NCBI GenBank assembly: GCA_030141605.1
Contig: JAQGDQ010002388.1
Coordinates: 170,452-234,451, forward strand
DNA: 64,000 bases
DNA from: Tubiluchus corallicola
Taxonomy: Eukaryota; Animalia; Priapulida
Reading direction: 5' to 3'
The position numbers were made by a program, and so were the translations under genes. Positions 30,759-41,242 of the stretch are shown one piece after another. The first letter of the stretch is position 1, and each line of letters begins with the position of its first letter. Under the pieces are notes generated by a model. That model saw only the letters and a list, made by a program, of their open reading frames with translations, was not told where the DNA came from and made no database searches.

Positions 30759-33296
30759 TCAAAGTTTACGAGCGATTTCTTCAACTGTAAAACATTCTAC
30801 AGTATCGCCAACCTTAACATCTTGCCAATTTTCAAATTCCATACCACACTCCTGACCTTCCCGTACTTCACGAGCGTCATCCTTAAAACGTTTCAATTGC
30901 GCAAGGCTTCCTTCATAAATAACAATATTGTCTCGCAGCAAACGAATTTTCGCTCCCCTTACGACAAGTCCTTCTGTCACCTTACATCCTGCAATACGCC
31001 CTACTCTAGAAACATTGAAAACTTCAAGAATAGAGGCATATCCCAAGAAAGTTTCTCGCATGTCTGGCTTCATCATACCAGAAAGAACTTTTTTAATATC
31101 ATCAAACAAATCATAAATAACTGAATAATAACGAATATCAATCCCTTCCTGTTGCGCTAAACTTCGAGCCTGCAAATTTGCACGAACATTAAAACCAATA
31201 ATCAACGCTCCCGCAGTCTGTGCTAATGTAACATCAGATTCACTTATTTCACCGACAGCCGCATGAAGAATTTTGACAGAAACCTCCTCATTGGAAAATT
31301 TCATCATCCCCTGGCTAATTGCTTCTACAGAGCCATGAACATCCCCTTTTATAACAACACTCATTTCTTTCACTTCGCCAGACTCAATCTGAGAAAACAA
31401 ATTTTCCAACGTTGTCTTTTTAATCTCAACAGCTCGTGCTTCGCGCTCCCAATGACTACGCGTCTCACTTATTTCACGGGCACGCATTTCGCTCTTCACA
31501 ACAACAAAACGATCTCCAGCAACAGAAAGACCATGAGCACCTAAAACCTCTACTGGCATTGACGGAAACGCTTCCTTTATTTTCTGCCCACGCTCATTAA
31601 CTAAAGCTCGAGCACGGCCCCACACTTTCCCAGCAACAAAAATTTCTCCAACCTTCAGTGTGCCATGTTGCACCAACAGTGTTGTAACAGATCCTCTACC
31701 TCGTTCCATACGCGACTCTACAACAATTCCTTGCGCTGGGCAATTTAGATTTGCTTTCAAATCTAATACTTCTGCTTGAAGTAAAATTGCTTCCTGAAGC
31801 TTATCAAGATTCAATTTCTTCAAAGCTGAAATATCAACAACAAGAACATCACCACCAACTTCCTCAGGTATAATCTCATGTTGTAAAAGCTCCGTACGAA
31901 TACGAGCAGGATCTGCTCCAGGCTTATCAATTTTATTTACCGCAACAATAACTGGAACAGACGCCGCACGCGCATGGTGAATAGCCTCAATTGTCTGAGG
32001 CATAATTCCATCATCTGCCGCAACAACTAAAACAATAATATCGGTCACCTGAGCCCCACGCGCCCGCATCTCTGTAAAAGCCTCATGGCCTGGTGTATCA
32101 ATAAAGGTAATCCGTTCTCCATTTTCCAACGTGATTTGATACGCTCCAATATGCTGTGTGATACCCCCAACTTCCGCAGAAACTACATCGCTTTTACGAA
32201 ACGCATCAAGTAAAGACGTCTTTCCATGATCAACATGACCCATAACTGTCACAATAGGAGGGCGCGAAATCATATCCTCTTCCGATCCAACATCATCAAA
32301 CAATCCCTCTTCAAACGCCATATCAGAAACACGACGCACACGATGACCAAATTCAGCCGCAACAAGCTCCGCTGTATCCCCATCCAAACTCTGGTTTACC
32401 ATAGCCATATTACCCATCTCCATCAATTTCTTAATAACATTCGGCACACGCTCTGCCATTCGATGTGCTAACTCCTGAACTGTCAAGGTATCAGGTATGA
32501 CAACATCACGTATAATTTTCTGAGCTGGAAGCGCTGTTTTCTTATCTTTTTTTCTCTTCTTCCGACGAACCGGTGCCATTGGAAACGATCTTTCATTTCC
32601 AGAAGGTCGAGCCCGATCTTCCAAAATATCTCCTAAACTTAAACGACCTTTTCCAATAAGAATATCTTCCTGGCTATTTCGTGGAGAACGGCGAGTCCGC
32701 TTTTCTGGTTTCTTGCGTTTCTTTTCTTCCTCACCATCTTCTTCAAAAAAGGCTCTTTTTTTATGAGAAAACGGCTCTTTCTTTTTTTCTTCTTCTAGCG
32801 GAGCGAAGTCTTCAGACGCTAAATCTTGAGGTTTCTCCCACTCTATGGCCTCTTCAGATTCCGGTGCCAAATCGCCCTTATTTTCTTCTTTTTCTTCCAG
32901 CTCCTCAATACTCTCTTGCTTTTCTTCAGCTTGCTCATTTTCAATACGAATCTTCTCAAGCTCTATTTCTGCTTCTTTACGATGTTTTTCTTCTTCAAGC
33001 CTCTGTTTCTCTTCTTCTTTCACACGTTGTAAAACTTCTAAGCGGCGTGCACGCTCTTCACTTGTTAAACCTGTTGAATCTGTTTTATCTTCGGAAGCCT
33101 TTTGAATTACAGATGTCTCATTCACTCCACGCACAGATCGTTTTTTCTTGACCTCAACCGTAACAGCACGTGAACGGCCTCGTACAAAATTTTGCCGTAT
33201 CTCTCCTGTTTCTACTTTTTTATCAAGAACAAGTTTCCCTGAATTTTTTTTTAATTCCAAGGTCTTCCTGCTCCTCTGATTCTTCTTTTCTGCCAT
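30759..33296 (-). CDS. infB: Translation initiation factor IF-2
   Basis: MGHVDHGKTSLLD, GGITQHIGA, DTPGHEAF, NKID. Confidence 0.98.
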   Translation of the reverse strand: MAEKKNQRSRKTLELKKNSGKLVLDKKVETGEIRQNFVRGRSRAVTVEVKKKRSVRGVNETSVIQKASEDKTDSTGLTSEERARRLEVLQRVKEEEKQRLEEEKHRKEAEIELEKIRIENEQAEEKQESIEELEEKEENKGDLAPESEEAIEWEKPQDLASEDFAPLEEEKKKEPFSHKKRAFFEEDGEEEKKRKKPEKRTRRSPRNSQEDILIGKGRLSLGDILEDRARPSGNERSFPMAPVRRKKRKKDKKTALPAQKIIRDVVIPDTLTVQELAHRMAERVPNVIKKLMEMGNMAMVNQSLDGDTAELVAAEFGHRVRRVSDMAFEEGLFDDVGSEEDMISRPPIVTVMGHVDHGKTSLLDAFRKSDVVSAEVGGITQHIGAYQITLENGERITFIDTPGHEAFTEMRARGAQVTDIIVLVVAADDGIMPQTIEAIHHARAASVPVIVAVNKIDKPGADPARIRTELLQHEIIPEEVGGDVLVVDISALKKLNLDKLQEAILLQAEVLDLKANLNCPAQGIVVESRMERGRGSVTTLLVQHGTLKVGEIFVAGKVWGRARALVNERGQKIKEAFPSMPVEVLGAHGLSVAGDRFVVVKSEMRAREISETRSHWEREARAVEIKKTTLENLFSQIESGEVKEMSVVIKGDVHGSVEAISQGMMKFSNEEVSVKILHAAVGEISESDVTLAQTAGALIIGFNVRANLQARSLAQQEGIDIRYYSVIYDLFDDIKKVLSGMMKPDMRETFLGYASILEVFNVSRVGRIAGCKVTEGLVVRGAKIRLLRDNIVIYEGSLAQLKRFKDDAREVREGQECGMEFENWQDVKVGDTVECFTVEEIARKL

Positions 33297-33337
33297 AACA
33301 GCTGATTCCTAACTTCAATCTTCCTAAAACAACTCAA

Positions 33338-33362
33338 ACCCATGTTCACACTTAACATGGGT
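33338..33362 (-). other. Perfect 9-bp hairpin in nusA-infB spacer
   Basis: ACCCATGTT-cacactt-AACATGGGT. Confidence 0.5.
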
Positions 33363-33484
33363 AAACTCTTTTTACAACTCTGTAGCCTTTATCACAAGGA
33401 TTACCCAACACAATGAACAAAACAACAGCATTCATATTCACCCAATAAAACTCTCCCTCATATTACCATAAAACGCTCTTTTTT

Positions 33485-35089
33485 TTAAAAAACATCCTCT
33501 TTTTCATTGCTTTCTTCAGTAACTGAAACCGTTTCTTGAATATCAAAATTATCACTTTCTACAGATTCCGGAAACCAAGAAGAGCGCGCTTTCATAATTA
33601 AATCTTCTGCTTCTTTCCTTTTTAGAATTCCCTCTGGAATTATCTCAAAAAGTTCGTCCGTCGATAAGTCTGCAAAATTATTAAGCGTCTTAATATCTAC
33701 TTTTCCTAGTGCAATAATAGCCTCTCTCGGTAATTTTTCAAAAGCTTTTAAATCCTCCGCAATACCAAGAGAAGCGCATTCTTCTAGAAACGATTCCTCT
33801 TGATTCTTCAACCATAAAAGACTCCTCGACTGAAGCTCTTCTACAATTTCTTCACCAAAACCTTCAATCGCTAATAATTCTTCCACAGGAACATATCCTA
33901 TTTCCTCAATAGAACTGAAACCTTCCGCGACAAGAAGATGCGCTATAACATCATCAACATCCAATGCCTCAACAAAAATATGAGACAGTTCTTGAAATTC
34001 CTTTGCACGACGCTCAGACTCTGCACTCTCTGTAAGAACATCTATATTCCAAGAAGTTAACTGAGACGCCAAACGAACATTTTGTCCCCGACGGCCAATC
34101 GCTAAACTTAGCTGGCTGTCTGGAACGACAACTTCAATTCTATTGGCATCCTCATCAACAACAACTTTTGAAACCTCCGCAGGTGCAAGAGCATTAACAA
34201 CTAAAGTTGGAATATCACTTGTCCACTGAATAATATCAATTTTCTCCCCTTGAAGCTCATTCACAACAGCCTGAACACGTGCCCCTCGTAAGCCAACACA
34301 TGCACCAACAGGATCTATACTGCTATCCTGTGTCCTCACTGTTATCTTTGCACGAGAACCAGGATCACGCGCTGCAGCAACAATCTCTATAATATCATCA
34401 TAAATCTCTGGAACTTCCTGCTTAAACAGCTGGATCAGAAACTCTGGATGAGTCCGCGAAAGAAAAATCTGAGCACCTTGCGTATCTGAACGCACGTCCA
34501 TAATCCATGCTCGTATACGATCCCCGTTATAAAAACGCTCGCGCGGAATCATCTCATCACGACGTAAGACAGCTTCTGCTTTCCCTAAATCAACAATAAC
34601 ATTTCCAAATTCAGATCGTTTCACAACACCATTAACAATCTCACCAATACGTTCTTTGTAATCCGCATACTGGCGTTGGCGTTCTGCTTCCCGTATCCGC
34701 TGTGTAACAATCTGACGAACAACCTGTGCAGCAACGCGGCCAAAATCAACAGGAGGCAACGGATCTACATAAAACTCACCAACAGATAAATTCCACCCTC
34801 GATTCTGAGCATCCAATTCTGTTACCTGCATCAACTCATTAAGAACATCCTCTGGCGAGGAGACAATTTCTATATAACGTGCAAGGCATATTTCTCCTGT
34901 GTTCCGATCTATTGAAACACGGATATCATACTCACTACCATATTTGCTACGACCAACTTTTTGAAGAGCTACTTCCATTGCCTCAAAAACAAGCTCTATA
35001 TCAATCCCCTTGTCACGCGCTAAAACATCTGCAACCTGCAATAGCTCTGGGCGCGCATGAACAGCTGACATCTCATCTGTTTTTTTCAT
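33485..35089 (-). CDS. nusA: Transcription termination/antitermination factor NusA
   Basis: FGRVAAQ, ARDPGSRAK, SLAIGRRGQNVRLA, C-terminal acidic repeats. Confidence 0.97.
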   Translation of the reverse strand: MKKTDEMSAVHARPELLQVADVLARDKGIDIELVFEAMEVALQKVGRSKYGSEYDIRVSIDRNTGEICLARYIEIVSSPEDVLNELMQVTELDAQNRGWNLSVGEFYVDPLPPVDFGRVAAQVVRQIVTQRIREAERQRQYADYKERIGEIVNGVVKRSEFGNVIVDLGKAEAVLRRDEMIPRERFYNGDRIRAWIMDVRSDTQGAQIFLSRTHPEFLIQLFKQEVPEIYDDIIEIVAAARDPGSRAKITVRTQDSSIDPVGACVGLRGARVQAVVNELQGEKIDIIQWTSDIPTLVVNALAPAEVSKVVVDEDANRIEVVVPDSQLSLAIGRRGQNVRLASQLTSWNIDVLTESAESERRAKEFQELSHIFVEALDVDDVIAHLLVAEGFSSIEEIGYVPVEELLAIEGFGEEIVEELQSRSLLWLKNQEESFLEECASLGIAEDLKAFEKLPREAIIALGKVDIKTLNNFADLSTDELFEIIPEGILKRKEAEDLIMKARSSWFPESVESDNFDIQETVSVTEESNEKEDVF

Positions 35090-35583
35090 TATTCTAATTC
35101 TTTCTCCATAAACATAAGTGAATCATCCGTTAATACAAGCTTACTCTTCTTTATCATATCTAAAGAAAATGCATATCTTTCACCATCAACATCTAAAATA
35201 ATACGTTGGTCACCATCAACTTCTATAATAACCCCTCGAAAACGACGACGCCCCTCATGAGTATCTGACAATTCTACACGCACCTTTCGACCAGAAAAAC
35301 GCTTATAATCCTCTATCTTTACCAAAGGACGATCAATTCCTGCCGAACTAACTTCAAGAGTATACTCACCGGAAATTGGATCTTCTATATCCAAAACTGC
35401 TGAAACAGCTTTACTAAAAACAGAACAATCATCAATATTGATACCCTTTTGATCTAAACGCTCAATCATAATCTGTAAACAGGGACGAGAAGCTCCTCCA
35501 AATGTAATACGTACAATATTATATCCCATATTTACAGCAACAGGCCTTATTAATGAATCTACTGTCTCTATTACTGTTTTCAT
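35089..35583 (-). CDS. rimP: Ribosome maturation factor RimP
   Basis: DDCSVFS, LDIEDPI, YTLEVSSAGIDRPL; TAATG coupling to nusA; likely ATG at 35583 (ORF track TTG at 35619). Confidence 0.94.
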   Translation of the reverse strand: MKTVIETVDSLIRPVAVNMGYNIVRITFGGASRPCLQIMIERLDQKGINIDDCSVFSKAVSAVLDIEDPISGEYTLEVSSAGIDRPLVKIEDYKRFSGRKVRVELSDTHEGRRRFRGVIIEVDGDQRIILDVDGERYAFSLDMIKKSKLVLTDDSLMFMEKELE

Positions 35584-35617
35584 AGCTATATTTTTACCTT
35601 GCAATTTTAAAAAATAC

Positions 35618-35649
35618 AAAAATAAAAGGCGGGTACAATACCCACCTTT
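35618..35649 (-). terminator. rimP-leader-like intrinsic terminator/attenuator
   Basis: Minus strand AAAGGUGGGUA-UUG-UACCCGCCUUU then UAUUUUU, just upstream of rimP-nusA-infB, where a GGG/CCC leader terminator is widely conserved. Confidence 0.7.
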
Positions 35650-35794
35650 CTTATATTTTCAAAGGTTCCTAACTTTATAATTAGGTTTCTCCCTCAAAAA
35701 CACAGAGCTCTTCAAACCAAGCTCTAACTTATTAACTTTACAGTATATATAATTTTTTCTGGAAAACAAGTTTTTATTTATAGAAAAATAACCA

Positions 35795-36496
35795 CTAAAC
35801 ACGATAAAAATCAAGATATGCACAATGTGCTCCCTGAGACAAGGCTTTAGATTCGTAGCGAGTCTGGCAAAAATGATCTGGTGGTGGGCATTCCCAGTCT
35901 GCAGCATGCTTTACTTTCCAACGAAATGCAGAATGTGATAGAAAATAACGCAATGCCCAAATAGTATATCCTTCGTGATCACTTGCAAAGCGGATAATTC
36001 CTCCAGGCTGGCACAGTCGTGCAAAAGTATCTAATATCTCCGAATTAATAAAACGGCGACGATGATGTCTACTTTTAGGCCAAGGATCTGGAAATAAAAT
36101 ATAAATACGATTGAGGCAAGCATGCGGTAGAATATTTAAAATATCCCGCGCATCTCCATCATAAATACGAACATTCTTTAGCGATTCAGAAGAAAGAGAC
36201 GAAACTAAAGAAAAAACACCATTTAAAAAAGGTTCACACCCTATAATCGCAACATCTGGAAATGCACGTGCCAACGACAAAAGATGTTCTCCACTTCCAA
36301 AACCAATCTCAAAAAAGCAATAGCGGGCATTAATGTTTGGAAAATATACTCTCCAATCACCTGAAAAATTATTCAAAAAGGAAGGCGCAATACGATAATA
36401 GGGTAGTAAATGCGCAAGAGCTTCTTCTTTTTTATTATTAAAACCAGCTCCACGACGACGTCCAAATGATCGTAAATGATTTGAAAATTGTTCCAA
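35795..36496 (-). CDS. trmB: tRNA (guanosine(46)-N7)-methyltransferase
   Basis: EIGFGSGEHL, GCEPFLNG, FPDPWPKSRH, TRYESKA; TTG start. Confidence 0.95.
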   Translation of the reverse strand: MEQFSNHLRSFGRRRGAGFNNKKEEALAHLLPYYRIAPSFLNNFSGDWRVYFPNINARYCFFEIGFGSGEHLLSLARAFPDVAIIGCEPFLNGVFSLVSSLSSESLKNVRIYDGDARDILNILPHACLNRIYILFPDPWPKSRHHRRRFINSEILDTFARLCQPGGIIRFASDHEGYTIWALRYFLSHSAFRWKVKHAADWECPPPDHFCQTRYESKALSQGAHCAYLDFYRV

Positions 36497-36523
36497 GCGT
36501 TTTTCTCTACTTTCTCAAGAATT

Positions 36524-37690
36524 CTAAAGGAAATACCGCTTTAATTCATTAACAAGATCATCACGTTCCCAAGAAAAATGCCCCTGTGTTGTCGGTGCAC
36601 GACCAAAATGCCCATAAGAAGACGTTTTTTTATAAATAGGGCAGTTTAAACCTAATGCTTTCCGAATTCCTCGTGGCGATAAATCCAAAAGCTCTGGCAA
36701 AATTTTTGCTAAAGAGCAATCATCAACTTTTCCAGTACCATGAGTGTTTACATAAATCGATAATGGATAAGCAATACCAATCGCATAAGAAAGTTGTATT
36801 GTACAAGCGCGTGCTAATCCTGCTGAAACAACATTTCGAGCAAGATAGCGAGCTGCATATGCTGCCGAACGATCAACTTTTGTCGGATCCTTTCCAGAAA
36901 AAGCCCCTCCGCCATGTGGTGCTGCTCCACCATAAGTATCAACAATGATTTTCCGACCTGTCAAACCTGTATCCCCATCAGGGCCTCCAATAACAAATCG
37001 TCCCGTCGGATTAACATACAAATTATCTTTATTACACATCCACCCTGCTGGAAGAATCTTCGCAACCGCCTCAGAAATAGTATTGTAAATAGATTCAAAA
37101 GAAAGCGACTCTTCATGCTGATGTGAAACAACAATAGAATGCGCACCAACAGCGTAGTCTTGGATATACTGTAACGTTACCTGGCACTTTGCATCCGGTA
37201 AAAATCCTGGCAGTTCACCACTACGTCGCTTATCTGCAAGATAGCGTAAAATTTTATGAGAATAATAAATAGGAGCAGGCATGAAATCAGGAGTTTCATC
37301 ACACGCATATCCAAACATCATGCCCTGATCTCCAGCTCCTTCTTCTTTGCGATCAAAGCCGTCAACACCCACTGCTATATCTGAAGACTGGCCATGAATA
37401 TATGAATCAATATCAACATATTGCCAATGAAAACCCTCTTGCTCATACCCTATCTCACGAATAGCTGCACGAGCAACATCCTTGATAACAGAAGGTGTTA
37501 TAATATCCGGCCCACGAACTTCTCCCGCAATTACAACACGATTAGTTGTCACAAGAGTCTCAACAGCAACACGCGAAAAAGGATCTGCCGCAAGATAACA
37601 GTCCAAAATAGAATCCGATATACAATCGGCCACTTTATCCGGGTGCCCTTCGGAAACAGATTCACTAGTAAAAAGAAAGTCTGTACGCAT
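36524..37690 (-). CDS. metK: S-adenosylmethionine synthetase
   Basis: [35 protein letters not shown]. Confidence 0.98.
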   Translation of the reverse strand: MRTDFLFTSESVSEGHPDKVADCISDSILDCYLAADPFSRVAVETLVTTNRVVIAGEVRGPDIITPSVIKDVARAAIREIGYEQEGFHWQYVDIDSYIHGQSSDIAVGVDGFDRKEEGAGDQGMMFGYACDETPDFMPAPIYYSHKILRYLADKRRSGELPGFLPDAKCQVTLQYIQDYAVGAHSIVVSHQHEESLSFESIYNTISEAVAKILPAGWMCNKDNLYVNPTGRFVIGGPDGDTGLTGRKIIVDTYGGAAPHGGGAFSGKDPTKVDRSAAYAARYLARNVVSAGLARACTIQLSYAIGIAYPLSIYVNTHGTGKVDDCSLAKILPELLDLSPRGIRKALGLNCPIYKKTSSYGHFGRAPTTQGHFSWERDDLVNELKRYFL

Positions 37691-37885
37691 AAATTCTCAC
37701 CAATTTCTAAAGATGCTTAAAAGGTTATAAATAAACAATTATAAATAAACTTCTTGCCAGAAATGTCAAGAAAAACAAAAATATTTGATTCTCTATAAAG
37801 CAATCTATAGAACTCTTGGTATTTATTTCCCCAGGAAAATTGATCGATGCATAATAAATTAAGCAAAAATATTAAAAAACGTCTG

Positions 37886-38368
37886 TTATTCTTCAGGATC
37901 TTTTTTACTTAGTGAACGCATAAGATCTAGCAGTTTTTTGCGAACATCTGAACGTGTGATACCGTAATATGCACGTGCTAACTCCAATGTCTCCCGGCGC
38001 ATCATTTTATCTTCTTCAAACTTCTCCTGCTTATTATCACTTGATAAATAAGTGCTAATACCATCTTTATCTAAAGAAAGATTACTATCGGTAATACCGT
38101 CAAAGAAAAAACTAACCGGAATACGTAAAATACGGCTAAAAAGCCATAAGCGACTCGCACCTATCCTATTAACACCACGCTCATATTTCTGAATTTGTTG
38201 AAATGTCAACCCAACAGCTTCCCCCAGTTTTTCCTGGCTAATCCCAAGTAATGTTCGACGTAAACGTAACCGTTTACCAACATGCTGATCAACCGGATGA
38301 GGATGTTCCGAGCTATAACGGTTTTCTTTTTTACTTCCTGCTATTTTTTCATCCATACTATAAACCAT
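37886..38368 (-). CDS. XRE-family HTH transcriptional regulator (alphaproteobacterial lnt-metK type)
   Basis: HPVDQHVGKRLRLRR, SQEKLGEAVGLTFQQIQKYERGVNRI, VSFFFDG. Confidence 0.92.
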   Translation of the reverse strand: MVYSMDEKIAGSKKENRYSSEHPHPVDQHVGKRLRLRRTLLGISQEKLGEAVGLTFQQIQKYERGVNRIGASRLWLFSRILRIPVSFFFDGITDSNLSLDKDGISTYLSSDNKQEKFEEDKMMRRETLELARAYYGITRSDVRKKLLDLMRSLSKKDPEE

Positions 38369-38413
38369 TGTCTTCGTTTCAATAAATATATTTCTTACTC
38401 TATAATATATTTA

Positions 38414-38430
38414 ATACTACTTAATAGTAT
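38414..38430. promoter_or_regulatory. Palindromic putative operator ATACTA-N5-TAGTAT, copy 1
   Basis: ATACTA-cttaa-TAGTAT about 45 nt upstream of the XRE gene; same motif and spacing recurs at 38619-38635. Confidence 0.4.
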
Positions 38431-38618
38431 TTACAATTACGAACATGTAATTTAATACGAAAAGTATAGAATATATCTCTTTAATCATTAGCATAGATTT
38501 TCAGAATAAAATATTTAATCTATACTCCTTAAATCAACAGTATTTCTACTATCCATATTTTTATAAAATAACACGAAAATTCAATTACACAACAGGAAAA
38601 AAGCAAAGTACAATATAT

Positions 38619-38635
38619 ATACTATTCTGTAGTAT
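38619..38635. promoter_or_regulatory. Palindromic putative operator ATACTA-N5-TAGTAT, copy 2
   Basis: ATACTA-ttctg-TAGTAT. Confidence 0.4.
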
Positions 38636-38651
38636 TACAAAATACTTCTTT

Positions 38652-40247
38652 TTAAAGAATCTTTCTTCTCTTTGTAATAAGTATTCCAACAAAAAATAAC
38701 AAAAATATTAAGAAAGAGCTTCGATACCCAGAATAAGCATAAAATGAAAGAGTTGGAGCAGGAATCGGAAGTGCGATATCAATAATATCCAAAGCCCCAT
38801 ATTCCAAACGTACTAATTCCCGTCCATAACTATCAAATACTGCTGAGACTCCTGTGCCTGCAACACGAACAAGTGGTATCGATTCTTCTATAGCCCGTAA
38901 TCTTGCAAGCTGTAAATGCTGCTGAGGACCTGCTGTATCTTGATACCAAGCATCGTTAGTGATATTTAAGAGCCACTGCGCAGAACTGTTTAGTGAAACC
39001 ACTTTTCCAGAAAAAATTGCTTCATAACAAATTAATGGGCTAAAAACTGGCAAGGATGGAAGAGAAATAGTCTCCAATCCCATACCTGCCGATAAATTTC
39101 CAACAGCAGAGGCAATTTTATCAAAAGGAATCCACTTTTCTAAAGGCATATACTCGCCAAATGGAACCAAGTGTGATTTATGATAACGTGCCTTTATAGT
39201 ACCTTCTGAATCAAAAACATAAAGAGAATTTCGATAACCATCCGATCCATCAGATTCCTCAAATTTGCTAATTATTCCTGTTAGTAAATAGCCTCCCGGT
39301 GGAATAATTCTCTGGAAAATCGGCAAACCAACTGCATTTTCATCAATAACTTTCGTAAACGCAGCCTCTGGCCAAAGAATATATTTAGGCTTCTGGCTCA
39401 AAGATGACGGAAGCGTTGAAAGAAAAAACAATCGTTGTAAATTTTCAGAAAAAAAAGCCGCATCCCACTTTCGTTCCTGAGAAATATTTGGCTGAACTAA
39501 ACGTAAATTAACATCTTCATGATAAAATGTTTCCCCTACTTCATAAAGGCGCCAATGCCCAAAACTCCACAATATAATCCACAATATAAATGGAAATATA
39601 ATCGAAAAAAATTTTTGTCTCTTTGATAGAGTTAGAAAAAAACCCACCGGTAAAACCATCATAAAAACAGTCACGGTCGAAAGCCCTACAGCGCCCCATA
39701 AAGAAACTGTCTGTAACATAACATCAGAAAATCCCCAGCTCAAAGCCATTACGTTCCAAGGAAAACCTGTAAATAAAAAAGAGCGAAAATGTTCTTGTAA
39801 TCCCCAAGAAAATGCAAAGAGAAAAATAAACCCTAGGCCAAATCCACGACCTAAGCGCAAGAATGCACCCATAGCACCTGTAAATATACCCAATAAAACT
39901 CCCAAAAATATAGGAGCAGAAAAAGCTAAAATAAGTGGGAAACGGCCTCCTACAAGAAGTGCATTAGAAACCCACCAAAGGCTAAAAGAAAAATGACCGG
40001 CCCCCCAAAAAAATCCATCCAAAAACCCTTGCCTGAAACGATTGTTCTCATAAGATAAAAATAGGAATCCCCCTAAAGAAAGAGGCAAAAAAAATATCAT
40101 ATATGTAGGAGGCATTGCTAAAGCACCAACAATACCTAATAAAAGAAAAATACTATATCGAATCCAGAGCCTTTTCCTAAAAAATGCATCTAAACGCAAG
40201 CGTTGAACCTGTTTTCCCTTCTGCTGAGAATCCATAAAATAGCCCAC
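38652..40247 (-). CDS. lnt: Apolipoprotein N-acyltransferase
   Basis: TGFPWN, VQPNI, WPE, KSHLVPFGEY, ICYE, NDAW. Confidence 0.95.
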   Translation of the reverse strand: MGYFMDSQQKGKQVQRLRLDAFFRKRLWIRYSIFLLLGIVGALAMPPTYMIFFLPLSLGGFLFLSYENNRFRQGFLDGFFWGAGHFSFSLWWVSNALLVGGRFPLILAFSAPIFLGVLLGIFTGAMGAFLRLGRGFGLGFIFLFAFSWGLQEHFRSFLFTGFPWNVMALSWGFSDVMLQTVSLWGAVGLSTVTVFMMVLPVGFFLTLSKRQKFFSIIFPFILWIILWSFGHWRLYEVGETFYHEDVNLRLVQPNISQERKWDAAFFSENLQRLFFLSTLPSSLSQKPKYILWPEAAFTKVIDENAVGLPIFQRIIPPGGYLLTGIISKFEESDGSDGYRNSLYVFDSEGTIKARYHKSHLVPFGEYMPLEKWIPFDKIASAVGNLSAGMGLETISLPSLPVFSPLICYEAIFSGKVVSLNSSAQWLLNITNDAWYQDTAGPQQHLQLARLRAIEESIPLVRVAGTGVSAVFDSYGRELVRLEYGALDIIDIALPIPAPTLSFYAYSGYRSSFLIFLLFFVGILITKRRKIL

Positions 40248-40262
40248 CTATTGCTTGCAAAT

Positions 40263-41192
40263 TTAAAGTATATCATCAGTAGAGGAAAACTCGCCATTGT
40301 GGCGCCAACCATGAATTCGCAGTATATAAATACGCCGTGGATCTACATCCGTTACTTCAAACTCCAATCCAGAAGGATGTGATATTAGCTCTCCACGAGC
40401 TGGTATATGACCCGCTAACGAAAAAACAAGCCCACCTAAAGTCTCCACTTCTTCGCGTTCTTCCTCACTCATAAAAGGTCCAATATATTCTTCAAGCTCT
40501 TCCAGCTTGACGCGGGCATGAACCTCTAAAATTCCTTCATGCTCCCGAATCATATCAACATTACGATGGCGATCATGTTCATCTTCAATTTCGCCAACAA
40601 TTTCCTCTATTAAATCTTCAATAGTTACCAAGCCATCAACCCCACCAAATTCATCAACAATCAATGCCATATGAACACGATTCATCCGCATATCAACTAA
40701 AAGCTCCAACACATACATAAATGGAGAAACAAATAAAACAGAGCGAATAATACTTTCCAATTTTTTTGGTGATTCTTTCTGTGCGTAATGACAACTTAAA
40801 ACATCACGGATATGAGCCATCCCAACAGTATCATCAAGAGTTCCTCGGTAAACAGGCAAACGAGAATATCCCGTTCTTACCATTAAAGAAATAATATCTT
40901 CCAAAGATGCCGATGCTTCAACTCCTATAATATCCGCCTTCGGAGTCATAACATCATGAACAGTTCTTCCTCGTAACCCTAATATATTTGATAAAAGTTC
41001 CCGTTCACTTTCCTCCTCATCTTCTCCCTTTTCCTCCATCTCTTCAATAAGTGATTCCAGTTGGCTCCTGAGCGTATCATCCTTGCTTGCAATCATTAAA
41101 TCACGAAGTTTAGACCATAGCGATTTCTCTTTATCATTCTCATTAGAAACAAGATTACTCGAATAATTACTGTCTGCCGATTCGTTACCCAT
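40263..41192 (-). CDS. corC: CorC/HlyC family CBS-domain protein (Mg/Co efflux-associated)
   Basis: VHDVMTP, SRLPVY, VDEFGGVDGLVTIEDLIEEIVGEIEDEHD. Confidence 0.9.
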   Translation of the reverse strand: MGNESADSNYSSNLVSNENDKEKSLWSKLRDLMIASKDDTLRSQLESLIEEMEEKGEDEEESERELLSNILGLRGRTVHDVMTPKADIIGVEASASLEDIISLMVRTGYSRLPVYRGTLDDTVGMAHIRDVLSCHYAQKESPKKLESIIRSVLFVSPFMYVLELLVDMRMNRVHMALIVDEFGGVDGLVTIEDLIEEIVGEIEDEHDRHRNVDMIREHEGILEVHARVKLEELEEYIGPFMSEEEREEVETLGGLVFSLAGHIPARGELISHPSGLEFEVTDVDPRRIYILRIHGWRHNGEFSSTDDIL

Positions 41193-41242
41193 TTTAAATC
41201 CTATATAATATATTTATACTCTTAATACTAAAAATAATACCA

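Noticed and set aside
32681-33151. Overlapping plus-strand ORFs opposite infB
   Set aside because: Phe/Leu/Ser-rich shadows of the Glu/Lys-rich IF-2 N-terminus
37691-37885. Possible SAM riboswitch upstream of metK
   Set aside because: No recognisable SAM riboswitch motif; only a short TTCTTG/CAAGAA inverted repeat in AT-rich DNA
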